From a virus (taxonomy: Duplodnaviria; Heunggongvirae; Uroviricota; Caudoviricetes), in IMG/VR virus record IMGVR_UViG_2534681703_000014, positions 1 to 45,442 of that record: DNA of 45,442 nt. One strand, given 5' to 3'. Made by a program: the position numbers and the translations under genes. The notes below the pieces were generated by a model. It had not been told where the DNA came from. It ran no database searches and worked only from the letters and a program-made list of their open reading frames with translations. This document shows, one piece after another, positions 1 to 8,324 of this stretch (position 1 is the first letter of the stretch; each line of letters opens with the position of its first letter).

Positions 1-123
1 CTTTCTCCAAAACCAGAACGGAATTGATTGATTTTGATAGGATCTATAACGCCGTTACATTAAACGGCAAAACCACTCAAAAACAAACTTAATGCATTGA
101 ATATAAAGGATTAATCATCTAAT
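1..123. repeat. Left copy of perfect 123-bp direct repeat (att-containing; may extend beyond window edge)
   Basis: Bases 1-123 are identical to 45320-45442 by direct comparison; lies immediately outside the integrase gene. Confidence 0.85.
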
Positions 124-184
124 TCGCTCACCTTCTTATTCATAAGGCGGGACACTTTCAGGATTTTGAATTTATTCAATTTTT

Positions 185-222
185 CCTTTCTCCAAAATCT
201 CTCCAAAACGTTTCCCCAAAAC
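185..222. repeat. Reiterated TCTCCAAAA(C/T) motifs next to int; candidate integrase arm-type binding sites
   Basis: Motif TCTCCAAAAC occurs at 4-13 (inside the repeat), 188-197, 199-208 and as TCCCCAAAAC at 213-222; arm-site role is inference. Confidence 0.35.
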
Positions 223-285
223 TAGGCCACGCATTTTACAACACTTTTTTCCTGAGATGGTGACGGATATTCCATATGGTGTTTG

Positions 286-1404
286 TCAAATAACCAACTT
301 AACCCATTCCTGACCTCGAGTATCGTTATAGCGATCGGTGGTTGCCTGGACTTTATGCCCTAGTAATGTTTTTGTATCGATACCCTGTGCACGGTACAGC
401 CGTTCTGATAGAGAGCGTTGTTCATGAAATGTTGGCGGAGTTTTTCCTGCTGGTGGAATTATCCCAGCCAGATCCCGTGCTTTGGCAAAGTAGTCGCTCA
501 GGTTGTCTTTACTCATCGGCTTCGGTTGTTTCTGGTGCCGACTATGGATTAGATATGGACTTAATATTCTGTCTCGGCACCCATCAATAACTTCTTTTAA
601 CGTTATCCCAATGGCATCACAGCGTAGTGTAAGCGGTAACGCCAGACGCATTCCGGTTTTTCCCTGGGTGATATGCAAGTGTTCGTTCCACACATCTGAA
701 AAACGCATGTGGCAAATGTCATCACGGCGCTGACCAGTAACAATCGCAAGAAGCATTGCGTTACGGATAAAGTGTTTTTCAGGCGTTGCATTGTAAATTT
801 TTTGCCAGTCTTCCATGGTGAGCCTGGCTCTGGTTACTTTAGGGATCGGTTTACGGGTAGCCTCCGGAGGATTCCATCCAGGAGGAACTTCCCCTGCATG
901 CTGTGCTTCTTTATAAATATCAACCCATAATCCACGATTTACTCTCGCTGTGCTGACCATGTCTTTATCCAGCCACTCATCCAGTATTAATGCAAAGTCT
1001 CTTACTTCCAGTTCTTTCAATGGGTGGTTTCCCAGACGGGAAACCAGGTATGCAGCCATTCGAGTTTTTTCTTTGTGAGTTGTAGCTGCAATATCTCCAT
1101 TTTTCAGTCGCGCGTCCTGTATTTTCAGATATCGATCAACCCATGCCTTTAATCTGATGCCCCGACGTTTTGTTGCTGACGGACTTTCATCAATTTTGCG
1201 CATGAAATATTCAGCTTCTGCTGCAGCTATTCGCTGATTGGCTGTGGAAGCGATTTTTTCTGCTTTGCCTTTGTCTGTTCCGAGACCGTGAAATTTTCCA
1301 GTCACAGGGTTTTTATACTGGTAGTAAACCCTGCCAGTTCTGCGATCAAACTTTTCGTAAAGACCGGTTACGTCAGTGCTGTTTTTTCGTGGCCTCGGTG
1401 ACAT
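286..1404 (-). CDS. int: Tyrosine-type site-specific integrase (lambda Int family)
   Basis: 372-aa ORF at prophage end, beside the repeat; C-terminal region with R...HxxR...Y-type catalytic layout typical of phage integrases; AAGGAG SD 10 nt upstream of ATG. Confidence 0.9.
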   Translation of the reverse strand: MSPRPRKNSTDVTGLYEKFDRRTGRVYYQYKNPVTGKFHGLGTDKGKAEKIASTANQRIAAAEAEYFMRKIDESPSATKRRGIRLKAWVDRYLKIQDARLKNGDIAATTHKEKTRMAAYLVSRLGNHPLKELEVRDFALILDEWLDKDMVSTARVNRGLWVDIYKEAQHAGEVPPGWNPPEATRKPIPKVTRARLTMEDWQKIYNATPEKHFIRNAMLLAIVTGQRRDDICHMRFSDVWNEHLHITQGKTGMRLALPLTLRCDAIGITLKEVIDGCRDRILSPYLIHSRHQKQPKPMSKDNLSDYFAKARDLAGIIPPAGKTPPTFHEQRSLSERLYRAQGIDTKTLLGHKVQATTDRYNDTRGQEWVKLVI

Positions 1405-1642
1405 GAGTTAAAATCTCCTTCAGTGCATCATCATCGCCAGTATGAATTTCCGGCGCAATTCCCGTTTCACCAGGTCCAACAAATACTGCCCGGCGATCTA
1501 TCAGCCAACGCCCACGAATTTTTTGTGGTCTTGGAACGATGTATCCTAGTTTTCCGTATTTCACCAGGGTAGTGTTTGTTATTGGGAGACTGAACCGTTT
1601 TGGTTTCCACTCGTCGAGCGTTATCAGGTACTGTTCGCTCAT
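1373..1642 (-). CDS. xis: Excisionase (Xis-like)
   Basis: 89-aa ORF immediately upstream of and overlapping int; N-terminus YLITLDEW resembles lambda Xis YLTLQEW; GGAG SD before ATG at 1642. Confidence 0.7.
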   Translation of the reverse strand: MSEQYLITLDEWKPKRFSLPITNTTLVKYGKLGYIVPRPQKIRGRWLIDRRAVFVGPGETGIAPEIHTGDDDALKEILTHVTEATKKQH

Positions 1643-1703
1643 GGCTATCACTCCGGAACGCGCCAGTTGCAGAATACCAACGACAACTGGCGACGGTTGA
1701 ACA

Positions 1704-4175
1704 TTAAAAATCAGCCTGACTCGGGATCAGTTTTTGCCAGATAGCTGAAACGTATTTTGCCTGGTAACGAGCGTCATCAAGTGCATTATGGCGCTCACCT
1801 TCGAATGGGATAGCAGTTCTGGCATCGAAGTCTATGGCTTTCCCCAGCTCAACGATTGTGCGTACATCGCGATCGTTGTAGTAACGCCACGGGCAGGGGA
1901 TCCCCTGCCGCTCGTATGAACGGCGCAAAATAGTGTTGTCGAAGTTGGCTCCATTTCCCCAGACCTGAACAAAAAATTCACCGGAGTTTTCGTCGATAAA
2001 TTCCCGCAATTGTAACAGTGCATCATCTAACGGGATTTCATCGGTCATAATGGCAGATTGCGCTTCGCGTGATTGTTTAAGCCACCATTTAATGGTGTCC
2101 CGATCAATGACTCCGCCAGCAGTTTCCAGATCGATAGTCTTACTAAATTCCGGTCCCATATCTCCGGTTTGCGGATCGAAAAATATTGCACCTATTGAGA
2201 TAATCGGGGCATCGGGATTTTTTCCCATGGTTTCAAGGTCGATCATCAGATGAATCCCCGCTCTGCTGGTGGATGTGAGATTATGATGACCGTTCGCCTT
2301 AATTAAGGGATCTGACGCCTCGCCAGTTTCACTATCGCTGGCATGATGCTGATTGCCGCCAGTGTTCTCCTTGTGCTGATGCGCAGTGCCTTCCATTTCC
2401 TCCGGATCATTTTCCTGAACTTCAGGCTGATTCTCTCCATCGAATATTTCCTGGTATGTTGCGTCACCCATCACCGCACCACAATCAGGGCAGTTGCCGC
2501 CACCGCTCTGACCGCAGGCGGTGCAGATCTTTTCCGGTTCCTGTTGCACTACTGGTTCAGGTTGTTTCGTTTCTGGCTCGTTTTGTTGCGTATTTTGGCT
2601 GTTTTGTTCCGCTTTCTGGTCGTTCTGTTCCGTTTCTTGCTGGTTCTGGTTCGCAGAATCGCGGGTCTGGATCCCCTTAACCCATTTCGGATCATTCGGG
2701 TCGCTAATCCCTTCAACAAATTCACCACGTGATACTGCAAGCAGTTCATCGGCGTCAGGCTGGCTGATATTGGCTGCCTGCATAATTTTGTTTACTTCGT
2801 CAGCGGTAACTTTTACCGGTTCTGGCTGTGCGGTCGTGTCAGATGCACCAGTATTTTGTTGTGAACCTGAGTATGTACCGTTTTTGCGGGCGAAATATTC
2901 TTCTTTCGTGATTTCAGTAGCCCCTGCAGCCAGTGCCTTATCCAGACCAGAAAGTTTGTTTGCGCGACCGTATTTTTCGCCATCCTTGTCGGTGAAGAGG
3001 AAGTAGAACGGCCCCTCACGCTCTACAGATGGTTCGACTTCCACTTTGCATTCGGTTTTTTCGTTGTCCGGAATTGCCGTTTCCACTGCATCAGTTTCTG
3101 GTACTGGCGACGAGAGAGTATCAGTTGCGCTCTGATTTGTTCCTTCATCTTCAAACACGCCCTTTGTAGTCAGGTATTCAGTAATGTATTTGTTCAGTGC
3201 CACAGGATCTTTGTGAATGTCGATCGGACGTCCACGGACAAGGCCAAAAATAGTCTGGCGGTCGTAGCGAAGGGCATCAGGCTGTTTGCGCATCGATGCC
3301 GAGATACGCTTCCAGTCTTCGCGGTCGTTGTCGATAACTTCATTTTTTGCCCAGCGATGGATGCTGCCGTCAATGTTTCCGGCATCCACATCACCAGGCC
3401 AGAGAGCGTAGGCCAGTTCGTCATCCAGTGTTTTCCATGTCTGCTTGTATTCGCGATGAATGACTGCAGTGACAGGGGAGATATTTTCTGCTGAGTTTTC
3501 AGTGTGCTGTCGGTTGACTCTGGCGCGGGCGAGATCAACAGCAGACGTGTATTTTCCGGTTTCCTTGCGTTCACCTTCGCGACGTTTTTTCCAGATGCGC
3601 ATCTCTGCCTGAATTTCGGGCCATTTAGCTCCAGGCTTACATTTATGCTTAACCCACCCGATGGCATGCAACTTAAGTTCTGGATACATGGCGTTAACTT
3701 CTGGCATTTTCATCAACGCTTCAACGATATGTCCGTCGAATGTTGCCATGTCTTCCTGCAACAATTCCTGCGCGCTAATCACCATATCAACGGTGATGTT
3801 TTCACATGTGTCGAACTTAACCATGACAGCGTTCTGTACTTCAGGGGCCAGCTTGTCAAAAGTGACGTTCATCGGATCTGATTCAGTCTCAACCGGGACA
3901 AAGGAAGCAGACTCCTCATCCCAGCGGTTTTCCTGCATATATTCAGCATCCCAGGAATCGAGGGCAGGGCGGGGTATACCGGGTTTATCCTCGCAAACAA
4001 GAAATTTATAAGCGCAGTCCTGAGCAGCCGGATATTGCTCCAGGAATTGCCAGGTAAATTTGGCACGGGCGCGGCGTTCGTCACCGGCTTCAATGGCAGT
4101 GGCTACAGCAACTGCACCTTCTTCCTTTATTGCCTGTTCGTCCGGAATGGCAGCGCAAATAAAGACTTTACTCAT
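1704..4175 (-). CDS. Prophage exonuclease, 823 aa, with C-terminal DnaQ-like (DEDDh) 3'-5' exonuclease domain
   Basis: C-terminal motifs MIDLETMG ... HNALDDA fit the DnaQ/RNase T fold; central Q/N/E-rich low-complexity linker; position matches the exo slot of lambdoid early-left operons. Confidence 0.8.
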   Translation of the reverse strand: MSKVFICAAIPDEQAIKEEGAVAVATAIEAGDERRARAKFTWQFLEQYPAAQDCAYKFLVCEDKPGIPRPALDSWDAEYMQENRWDEESASFVPVETESDPMNVTFDKLAPEVQNAVMVKFDTCENITVDMVISAQELLQEDMATFDGHIVEALMKMPEVNAMYPELKLHAIGWVKHKCKPGAKWPEIQAEMRIWKKRREGERKETGKYTSAVDLARARVNRQHTENSAENISPVTAVIHREYKQTWKTLDDELAYALWPGDVDAGNIDGSIHRWAKNEVIDNDREDWKRISASMRKQPDALRYDRQTIFGLVRGRPIDIHKDPVALNKYITEYLTTKGVFEDEGTNQSATDTLSSPVPETDAVETAIPDNEKTECKVEVEPSVEREGPFYFLFTDKDGEKYGRANKLSGLDKALAAGATEITKEEYFARKNGTYSGSQQNTGASDTTAQPEPVKVTADEVNKIMQAANISQPDADELLAVSRGEFVEGISDPNDPKWVKGIQTRDSANQNQQETEQNDQKAEQNSQNTQQNEPETKQPEPVVQQEPEKICTACGQSGGGNCPDCGAVMGDATYQEIFDGENQPEVQENDPEEMEGTAHQHKENTGGNQHHASDSETGEASDPLIKANGHHNLTSTSRAGIHLMIDLETMGKNPDAPIISIGAIFFDPQTGDMGPEFSKTIDLETAGGVIDRDTIKWWLKQSREAQSAIMTDEIPLDDALLQLREFIDENSGEFFVQVWGNGANFDNTILRRSYERQGIPCPWRYYNDRDVRTIVELGKAIDFDARTAIPFEGERHNALDDARYQAKYVSAIWQKLIPSQADF

Positions 4176-4254
4176 TTTGTTTTACCTCATTACAGATTTA
4201 AGGGTGAACAAATCCCTGCCATTGCTGGCATATAAAAATGAAACTGGATATTAA

Positions 4255-4458
4255 TTACGGCGCTGTTTTTAATCCTGCCGGGATTTCGTTATTATCCATG
4301 CGAATAACTTTCTCGACCAGATAACAGTTACCAGGAATTTTCTGTTCTGCTGCGGCAGCCATACATTCTTTCATTGAACCATATATACCAGTAACCACAT
4401 CAACAGGTTCGCCAGTATTAAGAAAAACAGTCAGAGTGAGGGCAACAGCAGTCTTCAT
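4255..4458 (-). CDS. Hypothetical small early protein (67 aa)
   Basis: ORF in the early-left operon; ATGA start/stop overlap with upstream ORF suggests translational coupling; no recognised domain. Confidence 0.4.
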   Translation of the reverse strand: MKTAVALTLTVFLNTGEPVDVVTGIYGSMKECMAAAAEQKIPGNCYLVEKVIRMDNNEIPAGLKTAP

Positions 4459-4748
4459 TGCCAGCGTCCTTTTTGCATCAGGCGTAAACGGGCCAGCATT
4501 GAAACAATGCATATTTTATTTAATAACTCCCGTTCGTGTTTTCTCTTGTTAATGGCATCTTCAGTAAATACAGGGTTACTGATAGTGACACCAATTTCAA
4601 AACAACCTTCAGACGTATTAACGTTTGGTAATAACGTTTCCATTATCGCGTCCTCAACAATGAATTTTGTGATGCGGTGCCTGGTGCCTCCAGGTGACGT
4701 TAACCAGTTAACAATTAACGCCGGATACAGAGAATCCACCCATAACAC
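4455..4748 (-). CDS. Hypothetical early protein
   Basis: ORF co-oriented with the early-left operon; start codon uncertain. Confidence 0.4.
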   Translation of the reverse strand: MLWVDSLYPALIVNWLTSPGGTRHRITKFIVEDAIMETLLPNVNTSEGCFEIGVTISNPVFTEDAINKRKHERELLNKICIVSMLARLRLMQKGRWQ

Positions 4749-5204
4749 TGTTTTTGGTTTTAACTGTTCCGCGTGCGCTTAGCCGCATTCACCGCATCAC
4801 AAAATTCACTTTAAAAAGGGCGGCAGAGCAGTCACGGAGTAAAACTGATACCGCTAAACGCCACCAGAAAATTGATAACAGAGGGCGTTGCAGCGGGGTT
4901 GTCACTTAAGCGTATGGTCAACCTGACAACCCGGTGTCCTCAACGGGGAAGGAATAACCCCGCCATACTTACCGCCGCGCCATTTCGCGGATTGCCACAA
5001 CCGGAAGCGCACGGTCGACGAAAATTTAACGACAGGCTATCTATGAACCAGCAACCTCGCCGTGCGCTTTCGCGTTATGCTCTGACTTTTCAGAGAAATA
5101 TCCTTTCAGTAAACTGTCAGTACCGGATGCTCACCCGTGTCCGGCGCACGCACTCCACCTCACCCGTGGAGAACTCCTTAAGTACCAACCCTCAGGATGG
5201 TGAA

Positions 5205-5426
5205 ATGACTAGTAAAAATGTAAATATCCAGTTTAACCACGATGTTTCTCCTGCCGGACTTGCGGATGAACTCACTGCTATAAAAACAGCAATTATGCTA
5301 CTTGTTGCTAAGTTGCCAGCAGCATCACAACCATCAGATATTTGTGACTCATTACGTAAGATGAATTCAACAAAATGCAACGAGATGGCATCACTTATTG
5401 AAATAGCTATTGATTTTAATGATTAA
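5205..5426 (+). CDS. Hypothetical small protein (73 aa) encoded opposite to the early-left operon
   Basis: ATG at 5205 with upstream GGATGGTGA; 3' end overlaps by 11 nt the convergent minus-strand gene; the upstream part of the listed 184-aa ORF looks non-coding. Confidence 0.3.
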   Translation: MTSKNVNIQFNHDVSPAGLADELTAIKTAIMLLVAKLPAASQPSDICDSLRKMNSTKCNEMASLIEIAIDFND

Positions 5427-5790
5427 TCGAAATCTCATGGCTAACTGTAACACTCCCGTCTGTGGCGGGATGCTTTAAATCACAGGAGTTAACGCTTTTT
5501 GTTGCAAAGTAATTTTCAAGGGGGTCTATTCGAATCCCTTTCTTTTTCATTAACAAGCCAAACCCCTTATCAATGATGTCCATTAGATCCAGGAAGTATT
5601 TTTTATGTAAATCCTGGTTATCAGAGAGCTGCTTCTCTTCGTACAGACCGATAAAGGCACGACGCACGTTACCGGATATAGTATAGATGGTTTCTTTTTC
5701 TACGGTACTCAGGTCAAGAGTCGCCAGTTGGGAACGAACTATATTCGCTGCCATTTCCTGGAATTGCATTGGTAAATCTTTAAATTCCAT
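5416..5790 (-). CDS. Hypothetical early protein (124 aa)
   Basis: ORF in the early-left operon; no recognised motif. Confidence 0.5.
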   Translation of the reverse strand: MEFKDLPMQFQEMAANIVRSQLATLDLSTVEKETIYTISGNVRRAFIGLYEEKQLSDNQDLHKKYFLDLMDIIDKGFGLLMKKKGIRIDPLENYFATKSVNSCDLKHPATDGSVTVSHEISINH

Positions 5791-5812
5791 TATTAGCCTC
5801 GTTGGTTAGCTA

Positions 5813-6031
5813 TTAACGTGGGTATGTAATCATTCTGGCAATGCTTAATGCCGCTGCTTTTTCCAGCCTGGTGATATCCTGCTCCAGAGCGGACAGATTT
5901 TCAGCCTGCTTAGCCCTGGCTTCATTGGCCCATTTCAGATCCTGCGCTGCATTAATTTTCTGGCGCATCCACTCATAAAGTTCATCATCGGTATAGTCTT
6001 GTGCGATGATGACGGGTTCTCGTTTCTGCAT
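5813..6031 (-). CDS. Hypothetical early protein (72 aa), coiled-coil-like
   Basis: ORF in the early-left operon. Confidence 0.45.
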   Translation of the reverse strand: MQKREPVIIAQDYTDDELYEWMRQKINAAQDLKWANEARAKQAENLSALEQDITRLEKAAALSIARMITYPR

Positions 6032-6060
6032 ACTGATTCCTCGCGGTGCTGTTTCGCTTA

Positions 6061-6189
6061 TCAGCCGTTAGATTTTGCGGAACTGGAAAGCGCCTGTTTA
6101 AATTCGTTGAAGCTGAGAGCTTCTTCGCCTTCGGCAAGACCTTCGAAGTATTCTTCGTAAGCCTTTTCCATGATTGTGTCGAAATCCAT
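6061..6189 (-). CDS. Hypothetical small acidic protein (42 aa)
   Basis: Not in the ORF track (under 60 aa); ATG at 6189 lies 1 nt from the stop of the upstream gene (TGAGTGATATGG), suggesting coupling; translation MDFDTIMEKAYEEYFEGLAEGEEALSFNEFKQALSSSAKSNG. Confidence 0.3.
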   Translation of the reverse strand: MDFDTIMEKAYEEYFEGLAEGEEALSFNEFKQALSSSAKSNG

Positions 6190-6190
6190 A

Positions 6191-6427
6191 TCACTCACCT
6201 GAGTTTCTTTCCAGCCAGCGACGGGCACCATTTTCGGTTTTAAACGTTTTGCTTTTGGTATACGTCATCGCGGTGAACGTACCGTCCTGGTTGGGGAACA
6301 CGCCACATACCAGAGATTCGCTGTTGCCAAGATCGATAGTATCCATGCTGACCTCATTTCCCCTTAACGCCGGGGTAGCGGAACAAAAACCTGCTGCATA
6401 GTTATTAAAGTTGAACCCTGCCGTCAT
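6191..6427 (-). CDS. Hypothetical early protein (78 aa)
   Basis: First ORF downstream of the putative pL region at 6428-6637. Confidence 0.45.
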   Translation of the reverse strand: MTAGFNFNNYAAGFCSATPALRGNEVSMDTIDLGNSESLVCGVFPNQDGTFTAMTYTKSKTFKTENGARRWLERNSGE

Positions 6428-6637
6428 GTTCTTACGCCTCGGGCTGGCTACTTAACCCCTGACCACTGCCTGGTAACTCGAAGTATTGCCCTGCATTATG
6501 TGGGGCGGGGTGGGTTGATATTTTTAGTTTAATAAACATTAAACTTAAGTCAAGTAAAAACTAAACCGCAGGGCGTAACAAACACAACGCTTTTGATAAA
6601 GTCGTTGCGGTTGTTATGTTTCTATTGGTAGTGAAAG

Positions 6638-6916
6638 TTAGGGAAACTGGCGTCTTGCGTGGATCACGTTTACTACTTCAACGCTTGATGTTGTTACGCG
6701 GTATAGAATTATATAGTTAGGGTGGGCTACAATCTCACGCAAGCCAGGTACTCTGTCGCTTGGTGGGTATAAATACGGATGTTCGGATAACGGCAGCACA
6801 CAACCCCTTAATCGCTGCCATAAGCGTTCAGCCGCATCTATGTCGAAACGAGCAATATAACTAGTTATATCATCTAGGTCGGTATCTGCGCTTTCAAGCC
6901 ATAACACGGGTAACAT
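6638..6916 (-). CDS. Type II toxin, RelE/ParE superfamily (92 aa from internal ATG)
   Basis: Size, basic C-terminus (...NVIHARRQFP) and pairing with an upstream small RHH-like antitoxin ORF whose stop is 1 nt from this start; family call from remembered ParE-like sequences. Confidence 0.65.
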   Translation of the reverse strand: MLPVLWLESADTDLDDITSYIARFDIDAAERLWQRLRGCVLPLSEHPYLYPPSDRVPGLREIVAHPNYIILYRVTTSSVEVVNVIHARRQFP

Positions 6917-6917
6917 T

Positions 6918-7109
6918 TTACTGCTTGCTCCGTTCCTTGCGCATTTTAGCAAAGCGTTCTGCCATTCTGCGCTCAACTTCGTCATGGGGAATTGCTGGGC
7001 GTGGATCTGCAAGGCTCGTTGCTACTTTTGCACGCAGCCATTCGTTGTAACTGTTTTCTTGTTCAATGGTTTCAAATTCAGAAACCATTGGTGAAAGGGC
7101 TCTATTCAT
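6918..7109 (-). CDS. Type II antitoxin, ParD-like (63 aa)
   Basis: Small ORF MNRALSPMVSEFETIEQENSYNEWLRAKVATSLADPRPAIPHDEVERRMAERFAKMRKERSKQ with strong GGAGG SD; immediately precedes the ParE-like ORF. Confidence 0.6.
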   Translation of the reverse strand: MNRALSPMVSEFETIEQENSYNEWLRAKVATSLADPRPAIPHDEVERRMAERFAKMRKERSKQ

Positions 7110-7129
7110 GTTTCCTCCGGTTTTATAAC

Positions 7130-7501
7130 TCAGGCGCGGCGGCATTTTTGCGCCGCAATCCATCTCGCTATGAGATCTTCCATTGATTCTTTTTTCTGCT
7201 TTAACTCGCTGATTATCTGGCGTTGCTCATCCTCAGGGAAGGCTGAAAAAATCTGCAATAATTCCAGTTGATTAGACGTTAACCCTGCATGTGGTGGAGA
7301 AACCTCCGGTTGTTCTGCGTATTCCGCATCCAGATACCCTTCCGGCATCCCGTATGTTTGCTCTATTCTTCTGGCAGCCTTTTCTCCAAACGAGGCTCTC
7401 CCACTCATTAGTTGAGATAGGTAGCTCTTCTCTTTGGGTGGCAGAGTTTTATCTTTAAACCACTCCTTGAGACGTAAACGGCGAATTTCTTTTTTTTGCA
7501 T
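7130..7501 (-). CDS. Prophage repressor, short HTH (XRE-like) protein without a peptidase domain (123 aa)
   Basis: HTH-like segment SYLSQLMSGRASFGEKAARRIEQTYG; divergent from a Cro-like gene across a 98-bp operator region. Confidence 0.65.
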   Translation of the reverse strand: MQKKEIRRLRLKEWFKDKTLPPKEKSYLSQLMSGRASFGEKAARRIEQTYGMPEGYLDAEYAEQPEVSPPHAGLTSNQLELLQIFSAFPEDEQRQIISELKQKKESMEDLIARWIAAQKCRRA

Positions 7502-7599
7502 GTGGTAATTATCTTTAGTAATCACTAAACAAGCAAATACTTGACTTAATGGTTTATTAAACACTAAACTCTCAAAAAAAACACTAAACCGAGGAAGGT
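7502..7599. promoter_or_regulatory. Divergent promoter/operator region (OR-like) with three CACTAAAC repeats and a TTGACT -35-like hexamer
   Basis: CACTAAAC at 7523-7530, 7562-7569 and 7582-7589; TTGACT followed about 18 nt later by TAAACT upstream of the cro-like start. Confidence 0.55.
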
Positions 7600-7902
7600 A
7601 TGACATTAAAAGAGTTTATTAAATCATTGAGGGTTGGTGATGCTAAGAAATTCGCAGCCAGACTTGGTGTATCGCCATCTTACTTATCGCAAATGGCGTC
7701 TGGACGAGCAGCTATATCTCCAACACGCGCCCTTATGATCGAATCTGCGACGGAAGGCCAAGTAAGTAGGGCGGAGCTACGACCCCATGATTGGGAGCTT
7801 ATTTGGCCTGAGTATGCGAGCGGCATTCGTTTGGGGCAAACACATGTAGTTCATGCTGAAGGTGATTGTAGTGCATGCTTATCTGATGGAGTTGATTCAT
7901 GA
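7600..7902 (+). CDS. Cro/YdaS-like HTH regulator (100 aa)
   Basis: HTH-like segment KKFAARLGVSPSYLSQMASGRAAISP; first rightward gene after the operator, as in Rac-type immunity regions. Confidence 0.7.
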   Translation: MTLKEFIKSLRVGDAKKFAARLGVSPSYLSQMASGRAAISPTRALMIESATEGQVSRAELRPHDWELIWPEYASGIRLGQTHVVHAEGDCSACLSDGVDS

Positions 7903-8324
7903 AAATCAAGCATGAACACATCCGCATGGCGATGAATGCCTGGGCGCATCCGGACGGTGAAAAAGTTCCGGCTGCGAAAATTACCAAAGCGTATTTCGAG
8001 CTGGGAATGACGTTCCCGGAACTGTATAACGACAGCCATCCGGAAGCCCTGGCTCGCAATACTCAGAAAATTTTCCGCTGGGTAGAGAAAGACACCCCTG
8101 ATGCGGTTAAAAAAATTCAGGCGTTGTTACCAGCTATCGAAAAAGCAATGCCACCTCTGCTGGTGGCCCGAATGCGCAGCCACAGTTCAGCCTGGTTTCG
8201 GGAGCTGGTGGAGACGCGGGAACGGCTGGTGAGAGACGCTGATGATTTTGTCGCAGTGGCGATCGCTGGTTTCAACCAGATGAATCGTGGTGGCCCTGCG
8301 GGAAATATTGTGGCTGTGCATTGA
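7899..8324 (+). CDS. YdaT-like protein (CII-position gene of Rac-type immunity regions)
   Basis: N-terminus MKIKHEHI matches my recollection of Rac YdaT; follows the YdaS-like gene with a 4-nt overlap. Confidence 0.55.
   Translation: MKIKHEHIRMAMNAWAHPDGEKVPAAKITKAYFELGMTFPELYNDSHPEALARNTQKIFRWVEKDTPDAVKKIQALLPAIEKAMPPLLVARMRSHSSAWFRELVETRERLVRDADDFVAVAIAGFNQMNRGGPAGNIVAVH

Noticed and set aside
2549-2680. Short imperfect tandem DNA repeats that could suggest a CRISPR array or VNTR
   Set aside because: They lie inside the exonuclease reading frame and encode a Q/N/E-rich linker; no spacer-repeat periodicity or cas genes. No CRISPR array found anywhere in the window.
2343-3006. Plus-strand ORFs (129 aa and 161 aa) within the exonuclease gene
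   Set aside because: Embedded opposite to the 823-aa exo gene; hydrophobic, low-complexity translations are repeat-driven artefacts.
4872-5204. N-terminal two thirds of the 184-aa plus-strand ORF
   Set aside because: Arg/Pro-rich and without a start context; only the 3' portion from ATG 5205 has a plausible SD and coding-like composition.
1704-6427. Searched for a RecT/Bet/Erf-type annealase and Gam/Kil/N homologues in the early-left operon
   Set aside because: None recognised by eye; the small ORFs are listed as hypothetical rather than assigned names.
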